Origin: Limnochordia bacterium
Lineage (GTDB): Bacteria > Bacillota > Limnochordia > DTU080
DNA length: 64,000 nucleotides
Direction of reading: 5' to 3'
NCBI GenBank assembly: GCA_050951545.1
Contig: JBMNJG010000007.1
Coordinates: 288,001-352,000 of the forward strand
Below the pieces are notes generated by a model, which searched no databases, had not been told where the DNA came from, and saw nothing but the letters and a program-made list of their open reading frames with translations. Each line of letters opens with the position of its first letter. Position 1 is the first letter of the stretch. Of the stretch, positions 56,424-64,000 are shown piece after piece. The translations under genes were made by a program, and so were the position numbers.

Positions 56424-57692
56424 CTATTTCGTTCGGGCTAGGTCCCTAATGACCGCGTTTGCTTGAGCTTCCATGGTCTCTAGCGCACTCTTTATGGCGA
56501 TCTCCCCCCAGATGGCGGCCATCCCCTGCCTGTCTATCGGAGCCCAGATGTCGTTGTTGATCGGCCAAGGCGAGCGAGCCTTCTCGACATCGAGTAAGAG
56601 CGACTGGCGATGAGTGGGGGCTTGACGACCGGGGATCCAGGCTGACTGGATGACCCTGAGGCTGGGTGGGATATTGCCTACGATTTCGACTCGGCGACGT
56701 AGGGCGTCCGTGGTGGTGAAGTAGCGTAGGACCTCCCACGCCACATCCTTGTGCTCAGATGAGCTGAACATGAACCAACCGATGGCGTTGATGAAGGGGA
56801 TTCTGCCCCCATCGCCGCTTGGCAGAGGCGCTACGTCCCATTTGAAGGAATTGATGGCGCTGTAGTGGGCGATGGAGATAGAGTTGGTCTGTACCATAGC
56901 TAGCTTGCCAGCCATGAAACCATTGGTGACGTCGATTCTACCGTGATTCTGTTTGTCAGGCACTACGCCGAAGCGGACGAGGTCGTGGAGATACTCAAAC
57001 CCAGCGGCCACCTTGTCGGTGTTGCCGGTAAAGCGGGTCGGTTGGGTCCAGCTATCGAACAGCTCGCCGCCATGCGCCCATATAGTAGGCAGGAAGTTGC
57101 GTCCGTTCGGAATGCGAAAGCCGTAGCGGGCAACAGAGCCGTCAGCAGCACGCTGTGTCAAACGACGGGCTGCATTCAGAAAACCCTCTTGATTCCAGTC
57201 TACACTCGGCAGGGCCAAGCCTGATTCGTGAAAGGCGTCTTCGTGATAAAAAATGCCTGTGACTTGCAGATCCTGTGGTAGACCATATACTGCGTTGCCC
57301 AAGCGGTATAGATCCAACGCTGACGGATACCAATCGGCGAACTGCGCCCGAGCGGTCCCTATGTAGGGGCTTAGATTCTCTAGGGTGCCATCGCTGCCCC
57401 ACTGTACAACGAGCCAGGGATCCATATAGCCGATATCTAGTGGAAGACCAGCGGCCAACATGGCCCGCATTTTAGGCACGAGACCCGATCCAGCAGTGCT
57501 GACAAGCTCAATAGTCGCGTTTGGATGGGAGGCCTCGAACTTCGCTTTCATCTCCTCTTGCCATTGCAGATGGGTGTCACGAGATTCGGCAATCATCGTG
57601 ATCTTGACGGAGGCGGCACCCGAGACAGCTGTTAGCAGAGCGACTGCTAGCGACACGCACAGTATTGTTCGTCGTGAAAGTGTTCTTCGCAA
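56424..57692 (-). CDS. ABC transporter sugar-type solute-binding protein
   Basis: Signal peptide; YGLPQD, FY..DAF..SG, WDVAPLP and AWEVL motifs. Confidence 0.9.
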   Translation of the reverse strand: MRRTLSRRTILCVSLAVALLTAVSGAASVKITMIAESRDTHLQWQEEMKAKFEASHPNATIELVSTAGSGLVPKMRAMLAAGLPLDIGYMDPWLVVQWGSDGTLENLSPYIGTARAQFADWYPSALDLYRLGNAVYGLPQDLQVTGIFYHEDAFHESGLALPSVDWNQEGFLNAARRLTQRAADGSVARYGFRIPNGRNFLPTIWAHGGELFDSWTQPTRFTGNTDKVAAGFEYLHDLVRFGVVPDKQNHGRIDVTNGFMAGKLAMVQTNSISIAHYSAINSFKWDVAPLPSGDGGRIPFINAIGWFMFSSSEHKDVAWEVLRYFTTTDALRRRVEIVGNIPPSLRVIQSAWIPGRQAPTHRQSLLLDVEKARSPWPINNDIWAPIDRQGMAAIWGEIAIKSALETMEAQANAVIRDLARTK

Positions 57693-57755
57693 AGAGCTTC
57701 CCCCTGAATGACGATGTGATCAAGGGATTCCCCCCCTCAGCAACAGAGTAGGCAA

Positions 57756-57784
57756 GGAGATGAGGGTGTTAGCCCCCCATCTCC
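57756..57784 (-). terminator. Probable terminator hairpin
   Basis: GGAGATG.GGG...CCC.CATCTCC downstream of the stop at 57806. Confidence 0.45.
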
Positions 57785-57805
57785 GCCTGGTGTGAGAGGT
57801 GCCTA

Positions 57806-58834
57806 TTAGGCCAATGGTAGACGTACTGGCTTGCCAGTTTTTGCTGACTGCTCTATGGCAAAGCAGGCCTCCATTGTCTTTGCAGCATCATTGATATCGG
57901 TGTGTGAAGGCTCTCCCTTGAGGAGGCAATCAATGAAGTAGTCTATCTGTGCCTTGAAGGGGTGATGTGTTACATCCCCGCTGTCGGGTAGGATGGTCGG
58001 GTACTCGAGATAGTTGGACTGTCCGGGGTACTTGTGAGAGAAGACCTTGTTGTTACGAATGGTGCCCTTCTCTCCGAGCAGTTGAACGTTAAAGATGTAG
58101 GGTGTCGTGCATTCTAGCATCGACGAGATCTTGCCGGTGGCTCCGCTGGTAAAGCGCAGCAGGGCTACGGTATTCGGTTCAAACTCGTAATCGCTTCCGG
58201 GGAAGCCTGGCACTGAGTAGCTAAAGACCTCTTCAATCTCGCCACCAAACCATCGCAAGGCGTCTACCGCATGGCAGCCAGCGGAGAGCAGACTGCTGCC
58301 TCCTGCCTCTTTGGTGCGGGACCAGGCGTACTGCCCGTAGTGAGGACCAATCCAATGCCAGTAGTCACATTCTAGATACATAAGCTTGCCGACAGCGTCA
58401 TCTTCTAGCAGCTGCTTGGTGGTCTCAAACATGGGATTCCAACGTAGCACAAAACTAACCACTGTGGAGACTTTCGCTTCCTGGATGGCTTTTTGCATGC
58501 GCCGGACGTCTTGTATGTTCATAGCGACGGGTTTTTCAATGACGATATGTTTGCCCGCGGAGGCAGCAGCAATCACCTGTTCAGCATGCACAGGTGGGGG
58601 AGAACAGATTGAGACTATGTCGATATCGGGGTCCGCAAGAAGCGCATCAAAGGTACTGTAGGTAATGCCTTTGACGCCATACTCGTCGAGCTTTGCCGTC
58701 GCACGTTCGGGGGTACGGCTGTAGATACCGACCATTCGGGCGTTCTCGTTTGATGCATACGCCTTGATGTGTTCACCTGACACCCAGCCAGCTCCCACAA
58801 CTCCCACGCCATAAGTTCGTTTGCTTGTCGCCAT
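57806..58834 (-). CDS. Gfo/Idh/MocA family oxidoreductase
   Basis: VGAGWVS, IEKP and AGCHAVD motifs; paralog of 35710-36720. Confidence 0.9.
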   Translation of the reverse strand: MATSKRTYGVGVVGAGWVSGEHIKAYASNENARMVGIYSRTPERATAKLDEYGVKGITYSTFDALLADPDIDIVSICSPPPVHAEQVIAAASAGKHIVIEKPVAMNIQDVRRMQKAIQEAKVSTVVSFVLRWNPMFETTKQLLEDDAVGKLMYLECDYWHWIGPHYGQYAWSRTKEAGGSSLLSAGCHAVDALRWFGGEIEEVFSYSVPGFPGSDYEFEPNTVALLRFTSGATGKISSMLECTTPYIFNVQLLGEKGTIRNNKVFSHKYPGQSNYLEYPTILPDSGDVTHHPFKAQIDYFIDCLLKGEPSHTDINDAAKTMEACFAIEQSAKTGKPVRLPLA

Positions 58835-59083
58835 AGCGTTCTCTCCCTTTGTGGATTTCTTGTTCATCTTTAAGCATACGCCGATGAAGGTAGACTTCCT
58901 GCTTCGGAGGTCTTGATAGCTGGGTGACCGCTGTGACCGCGTGGTCGGTTCTTGTGGAGAAGGAAACCTGATGTGTCAGAGGAATGTGCATGTGTAAACA
59001 GCAATTCATAGAAGTACGCGTGTAGACGGCCAACTACGCGCGGAAGGAGATCCAAGATTGCGAGAACAAGGGGGAGAGGCTGC

Positions 59084-60139
59084 GTGGCATATCGTGTGCT
59101 GATCGCTGGTTTGGGTTCGAGAGCGAAAGGTCACCTAGAGGGCATACGAAGGACTGGCGGTATCGAAGCTGTCGCCGGGGTAGATCCCGATGGCATCAGA
59201 CGTGAGCAATGGCAGAGCGCCTATGGCTTTGAGTGTAGCGGCAACTTGGAGGCCATGATAGAGAAGTATCGGCCTGATGTAGTATCCATCTGTACTGGTG
59301 AGAAACCGCGTTACTCCGTGGCTTGCGCTGCCATGGACCTAGGTGTCAAGAGTCTTGTACTAGAGAAACCTATGGCAGCTTCCGTGTCCCAGGCCCGTGA
59401 TCTGATGTCTCGGGCAGACAAACTGGGGGTCAGGGTTGTCGTCTCACACCAAATGCGCTTCGCAGACGAGTTTGTGGCTGCCAAACAGGCCATCGAGCGA
59501 GGAGATATCGGTCAGCCCTATTTCCTACGAGCCAGCTCTTACGGTCAGCTTATGGAACAGGGGCCCCACATGATAGACATGCTGCTGTACCTGCTGGGCG
59601 ACGAGTCTGGAAACGGGAATCCTGCAGAATGGGTGATGGGCCAAGTGGCCGACCGAGAAGAGGGCCTTTCTACGGTTCATCAGGCCCCAGCCTTTACCAC
59701 TGGCTACATCCGTTTCCGGGGTAACGTTCGGGCTACTGTCGAATGCGGCCGTAGTTTTGCCCCTTCTGTCGAGTACGTGAAAGGCGAATCCATATGGCTG
59801 CAGAAGCGTGTACAGGTGTTGGGGACGGAAGGGATGGTTGATTCCGTCGTCAGTCATTGGTGCCGCCTATTCAACCGGGACGGGGCGAAAACACTGGCTG
59901 AAGGGCCGCACGGCTGGGACGGAGCGACAATAGCTCTCTATGGCGAACTGGTGGAGGTTCTCAGAGACGGAGGGGAGCATCGCTGCAACGGTCGGGTCTC
60001 CTTGGCTGGTTTTGAGATCATTCATGCTATCTATGAGTCTGCCGTGCGCGGCGATAAGGTGACATTGCCGCTTGAAATTGGAGAGGAGCCACTGTCCATT
60101 TTGATGGCCCCTGTACGTCGTCAAGAACAAGCAGGCTGA
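59084..60139 (+). CDS. Gfo/Idh/MocA family oxidoreductase
   Basis: AGLGSRA, LEKP and EQGPHMID motifs. Confidence 0.88.
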   Translation: MAYRVLIAGLGSRAKGHLEGIRRTGGIEAVAGVDPDGIRREQWQSAYGFECSGNLEAMIEKYRPDVVSICTGEKPRYSVACAAMDLGVKSLVLEKPMAASVSQARDLMSRADKLGVRVVVSHQMRFADEFVAAKQAIERGDIGQPYFLRASSYGQLMEQGPHMIDMLLYLLGDESGNGNPAEWVMGQVADREEGLSTVHQAPAFTTGYIRFRGNVRATVECGRSFAPSVEYVKGESIWLQKRVQVLGTEGMVDSVVSHWCRLFNRDGAKTLAEGPHGWDGATIALYGELVEVLRDGGEHRCNGRVSLAGFEIIHAIYESAVRGDKVTLPLEIGEEPLSILMAPVRRQEQAG

Positions 60140-60167
60140 TTTCACACCAGATAAGGGAGGCGTTGAT

Positions 60168-61073
60168 GTGAAGAGGATTGCCCTAGTGGGGGGCGCGGGA
60201 GCCTATCACGGTGGTGCTTTTGCGAGTCTGTACAACGGTTTTTCCGAGGAGAAGTACAAAGAGATGGGCTGGGCCGGGCGCGGCATTCGCCGTCGTGTTG
60301 AGGGAGCTCAGATCGTCAAGATATGGGACGAGAGTAAACAGACCGCCGAAGCGCTTGCTGCTGCTTGCGATATCCCAGAGGTTTGCGACAACCTCGAAGA
60401 GGCGGCTGAAGGGATCGACGGAGTTATCATCACTGATGATATGACTATGGCTCATCAGCGTCGGGCACCGTTCTTCTTGCAGAAGGGAGTTCCGACGCTA
60501 ATCGATAAGCCGCTGTCACCAGACCCTACCGAAGCCAAGGAGCTTATCAAGCTGGCCAGGGCTCATGGTACCTTGTTGCTATCGTCGTCGGCCTTGCGCT
60601 ACGCACAGGAGGTTGAAGAGCTCAAGAGCGAACTCGACCAGCTCGGTCCTATTGCGCTAGCCACGACTATGTGTGGCGGCGATCTCGTCTATTATGGTAT
60701 CCACGCCCTTGAGTTGGCCTACTCAGTCATGGGACCTGGTGTGGAATCACTGATCAGTGTGGGCAACGAGGAGAAAGCTGACATCGTGCGCCTGCGCTAC
60801 TCGGATGGCCGGCAGTTGGTCTTGATGGTGGGTCGGCGCGGTGTTACCGCCTCCGGTTTCCAGCTCACTGTGCATGGCAGTAAGCGCTCATCGTCGATTC
60901 AGGTTAGGGACTCGGGGTATTTCTATTGGAATTTGCATTGTCAGTTCGTGCAGATGATAGAGACTGGTCAACTGCCAGTTCCACTCGAGGAGACACTGGA
61001 GATCATCACGGTATTAGCCGAAGCGAAGAGCGTGCGTGGTGAAGAGCGCCCCATCAGTATCAATCTGTCCTAG
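60168..61073 (+). CDS. Gfo/Idh/MocA family oxidoreductase (divergent DKP/YGIH subfamily)
   Basis: IDKP, SSSALRY and YYGIH motifs. Confidence 0.8.
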   Translation: MKRIALVGGAGAYHGGAFASLYNGFSEEKYKEMGWAGRGIRRRVEGAQIVKIWDESKQTAEALAAACDIPEVCDNLEEAAEGIDGVIITDDMTMAHQRRAPFFLQKGVPTLIDKPLSPDPTEAKELIKLARAHGTLLLSSSALRYAQEVEELKSELDQLGPIALATTMCGGDLVYYGIHALELAYSVMGPGVESLISVGNEEKADIVRLRYSDGRQLVLMVGRRGVTASGFQLTVHGSKRSSSIQVRDSGYFYWNLHCQFVQMIETGQLPVPLEETLEIITVLAEAKSVRGEERPISINLS

Positions 61074-61089
61074 CAGTAGCTCCATATGT

Positions 61090-61113
61090 GTGCCCGGCCT
61101 AGGAGCCGGGCAC
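61090..61113 (+). terminator. Probable terminator hairpin
   Basis: GTGCCCGGC...GCCGGGCAC. Confidence 0.55.
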
Positions 61114-61254
61114 CTTCAATTCCGGAGCAGATTCCTTTTTTCACCAAGCAGCAGGTGTTGGCCAGTTGTTGGCAAATACTCCTATTCTAAAGTGGGGAAG
61201 AGCGCTGGCAGGTGATGCCGCGCCGGGAGGTTTATTGAGGAGGGATACTCTGAG

Positions 61255-62355
61255 GTGAGAGCGACTCGAACACGAATCATGTCCTTGTTTCTCACGGGTG
61301 TCTTGGCCGTAGGCGTTACAGTGGCACAGGCGAGTAACGTGGGAGCTCATGTATCCGGTGCTTTGGGCGATAACCCAGCCCTTTTGGGGTTCGCCCCTGT
61401 GTTTACTTTGGCTGCGGATGTTGATGCGGCTATCCCGGGGGTTTCTGGGCTCCAGAGCCTCATCGACGAATGGTACGATGAAGACACACAGCAGCTCAGC
61501 ATACGCCTTGATTTCTCAAGTCAGCAGAAGGCAGAGGAGACGATGGCTACTCTCAACAAGGCCATCAGCACGCTCAGTAACGCCCAAGGGTCAGGCATTA
61601 CAGGTATTACCATAGGCAGAGTAGGGTTAGGTGCCACCTCTGCTGCAGCGACCAACGCTGTCGACCGTTCGTCCGTCGTGGCTGATGCCAGCACTTCGTC
61701 AGGATTCTCAGGTGCCCTGGATCTTACGCTGAGTGGGCTTGAGCGAGTCGACGCTGTCGTAGCGATTGGCGTCCCTATCGTTAAATCAGTGGCGTTTGGT
61801 GCTTCTGCCAAGATGAGCAGATTCTATGCCGAGGAAATCGCGATCAAGGCGACTGTAGAGGAGCTGCAAGACGACTCTGATGCGGCCGCACCCAAGAGCC
61901 TCTATGAGGTAGGGGAGGGTCTGCTCTTTGATGCGGGGTTGGCCCTCAATCTCAGGTATCTTCAGGCTGATGTGGCGCTCAAAGATATCGGTAGCGTTGA
62001 GTGGAAGGCCGAGCAGCCACCTTGGGATGAAGAGGCTGCCGTTGGTGCCGTGCGTGTGCACGACAAACCAATGCATGTGGCCGCAGGGCTGGTCTTGAAG
62101 CCGTTCCGGTCTTTGGACCTGTCAGCACGCTATGACCAAAATCCAATGGGGAGCACCGTAATGCGCGCGGAGGCCGCTGTGCGTCCTGTGCGCTGGCTCA
62201 CCTTTAAGGCGGGCCAGGTAGCAGTCGATGGTGAGCCTGCCTACGTTACTTTGGGTGGTGGCATTCGCCTCTGGGCGTTCGGTTTGGATGCGGGAATTGC
62301 CGCAAAGGACGATGTCATTGTGGGCGGTCGAGCACGGCTCAGCATCGGATTTTAG
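61255..62355 (+). CDS. Putative outer-membrane beta-barrel protein (FadL/PorV/TraF-like)
   Basis: Signal peptide, N-terminal NPALL motif, many alternating hydrophobic strands, C-terminal ARLSIGF ending in Phe. Confidence 0.65.
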   Translation: MRATRTRIMSLFLTGVLAVGVTVAQASNVGAHVSGALGDNPALLGFAPVFTLAADVDAAIPGVSGLQSLIDEWYDEDTQQLSIRLDFSSQQKAEETMATLNKAISTLSNAQGSGITGITIGRVGLGATSAAATNAVDRSSVVADASTSSGFSGALDLTLSGLERVDAVVAIGVPIVKSVAFGASAKMSRFYAEEIAIKATVEELQDDSDAAAPKSLYEVGEGLLFDAGLALNLRYLQADVALKDIGSVEWKAEQPPWDEEAAVGAVRVHDKPMHVAAGLVLKPFRSLDLSARYDQNPMGSTVMRAEAAVRPVRWLTFKAGQVAVDGEPAYVTLGGGIRLWAFGLDAGIAAKDDVIVGGRARLSIGF

Positions 62356-62368
62356 AGGGGTGAGAACT

Positions 62369-62962
62369 GTGCGAAAACGGATCCTCTTTGTTGCATTAGC
62401 GCTGCTGTTGTCGCTTTCGGGATGCTCGTTACGCCTGCCCATGCTTCCTGAGGTACGCAATGTTGAGGTTACCACGGTAGTCAAGAGCAAACCTCTGAGC
62501 ATCGGTGCCGAAGGCTCTACCAGTATCTCTACAGACAGCTTCACTCCTGAGGCTGGGAAAAAGATAGACCCAGCCACTGGTGAGGTCATAGATGGTGGAG
62601 CTGGAGACTCTTTGTTGGGTTACAGCGTCAGTGGGGTAGAGGTGCCCTCCAACCTGAGCGAGGCCCTTGATCTCGATGTCGAAGCGCTCTACTTCAGCGC
62701 TGACCTACCCCTGGGGGTAGGTGGCGGGTTGGCGGCTGTCACGTTGAGTGCACCTGGCGGCTCTTCTGTGGTCCTAGTGACCAGCTTGGAAAATGGTGAG
62801 AACAAGCTTACGCTGAGTGCTGAGGATCGCGCGGCGCTTTCCCAGATACTGGCGAACGCAGCGAGTGTCAACGTGGACATCTGGCTGGATAGTGAGCTAG
62901 ATGGAGTGACCATAGCTGATCTCCAGGTACAAGCGGCAGCGATCTACAGTCAGAACGTCTAG
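62369..62962 (+). CDS. Lipoprotein of unknown function
   Basis: MRKRILFVALALLLSLSGC with lipobox LSG-C; starts 13 bp after the barrel gene. Confidence 0.75.
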   Translation: MRKRILFVALALLLSLSGCSLRLPMLPEVRNVEVTTVVKSKPLSIGAEGSTSISTDSFTPEAGKKIDPATGEVIDGGAGDSLLGYSVSGVEVPSNLSEALDLDVEALYFSADLPLGVGGGLAAVTLSAPGGSSVVLVTSLENGENKLTLSAEDRAALSQILANAASVNVDIWLDSELDGVTIADLQVQAAAIYSQNV

Positions 62963-62984
62963 GTTTGAGCCTGGCCATGACGGC

Positions 62985-63025
62985 AGCCCGGTCCTTAGCG
63001 TTGCTAGCGAAGGACCGGGCTTTTT
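62985..63025 (+). terminator. Intrinsic terminator
   Basis: AGCCCGGTCCTT...AAGGACCGGGCT followed by TTTT. Confidence 0.8.
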
Positions 63026-63063
63026 GCTATGGCTTGCGTTTCGCGTAAGGTTGACTTGACGGA

Positions 63064-64000
63064 TCAGACCTCGTCTTGTGATGATAGCAAGACGAAGCCA
63101 ACCTCTTCCGCAGGTACTTGCCAACGGCCCCCACCCAGCGATTCAGCGTTCTCTGTTCGCAGTACGGTCATTCCCGCGGGAATGGTCATCTCAAAGGTTA
63201 GATCTTCTTCCGACCGGAGGTTGAAGAAAGTGACCAAGTTCTGCCCTTTAAGCGCATGGGCAGTGTAAGCCCAATCTGGGTTGGTCACCGTGAGTTGGTG
63301 CCCAGGGTACTGAGCCATCGTGGCTACACGTTCTGGCATGTCGTGCGGTGCGAAGTGTTCATCGACGCGCTGACCATCGTGGTAGAACGTCTCATACTTG
63401 GCGAGCTGGTGGGTAGTCTCATTCAGCATCTGCCAGTACGAGCCATCCATATTGGACGGATAGTACAACAGGACACCTTGGGCTCCGCAGGCTACCGCAC
63501 CCACTATTTGCTGACGTACACGCGCGGGTGAGTTGCGCACCGTAGCTCCTGCGTAGCGAACAAGAAGGACGGGCACCAGCCTTGTTTGTGCTTGCTGGGC
63601 CTCAATGGCGTCTCGCCAGCCCTGAACGGCCTCCATCACGCGTTTCACGGCCACTTCATTGTAGCCGGAGTAGATCTGAGGCATGATGGCGTCGACATAG
63701 GGGGCGAGAGCCGCCGCCCGCGTGCCATAGCCCAAGGTGGTCATATCACTATTGCACTCGCCATAGGCTGAGCTCACAGTGACGGCCAGGTAGGCATTCG
63801 GATAGGCTTCCTTCAGTCCGCGGTTGATTCGGGCCATGTACTGACCTACCTGGGTGGTGCGAAAGGCAACCCACATGCGGTAGAGGCGGCTGATCTCGGG
63901 GTCCTCACTAAGATACGTACGTCGGCCGAGCTGCCTCATGGCTTCTCGCAGACACTCGATGTCAGCTCCGCTCAAACCGTAGCCGTCCCTGAAGGCGGCT
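63064..64000 (-). CDS. Partial gene, probable glycoside hydrolase-like TIM-barrel protein (C-terminal part)
   Basis: Frame stays open to the window edge; WVAFR, VDAIMPQIY and A..CGAQGVLLY resemble GH-like barrels. Confidence 0.5.
   Translation of the reverse strand, partial: AAFRDGYGLSGADIECLREAMRQLGRRTYLSEDPEISRLYRMWVAFRTTQVGQYMARINRGLKEAYPNAYLAVTVSSAYGECNSDMTTLGYGTRAAALAPYVDAIMPQIYSGYNEVAVKRVMEAVQGWRDAIEAQQAQTRLVPVLLVRYAGATVRNSPARVRQQIVGAVACGAQGVLLYYPSNMDGSYWQMLNETTHQLAKYETFYHDGQRVDEHFAPHDMPERVATMAQYPGHQLTVTNPDWAYTAHALKGQNLVTFFNLRSEEDLTFEMTIPAGMTVLRTENAESLGGGRWQVPAEEVGFVLLSSQDEV

Noticed and set aside
1-64000. CRISPR arrays, rRNA/tRNA genes, transposases, integrases, prophage
   Set aside because: No regularly spaced repeats, tRNA-like arms or mobile-element motifs were seen by eye; small RNAs could still be missed without a covariance scan

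Overview
A gene-dense, GC-rich chromosomal window from an anaerobic Bacillota-type organism. It is probably a diderm lineage such as Limnochordia; this is inferred from strong GGAGG ribosome-binding sites, sigma-H-like promoters, non-lipidated solute-binding proteins and an outer-membrane beta-barrel gene. Carbohydrate scavenging dominates: nine Gfo/Idh/MocA oxidoreductases, six sugar-type ABC solute-binding proteins with no permease in the window, two heparinase II/III-type lyases, a GH29 fucosidase, a beta-helix protein, esterases, a rhamnulokinase-like kinase, a NagB-like protein and a PmoA/DUF6807 protein. Also present are sbcDC, nikR with a CDF transporter and a GT4, feoA plus a frameshifted G-domain-only feoB, a peroxiredoxin, an ABC exporter paired with DUF1854, and a CofE-like ligase. 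I saw no rRNA, tRNA, CRISPR array, transposase or prophage. The most notable observations are: (1) a lyase/M14-peptidase/esterase/binding-protein locus; (2) a recurring AGGA-N17-GAA promoter motif; (3) a 68-aa zinc-ribbon protein carrying the beta-clamp motif QLSLF; (4) the zinc-ribbon ABC exporter with DUF1854 and no cyanophycin genes nearby; (5) a beta-barrel plus lipoprotein pair; (6) an unannotated 33-aa membrane peptide gene. All family calls come from motif recognition by eye; no database searches were run. Many start codons were moved from the ORF track to RBS-supported positions.
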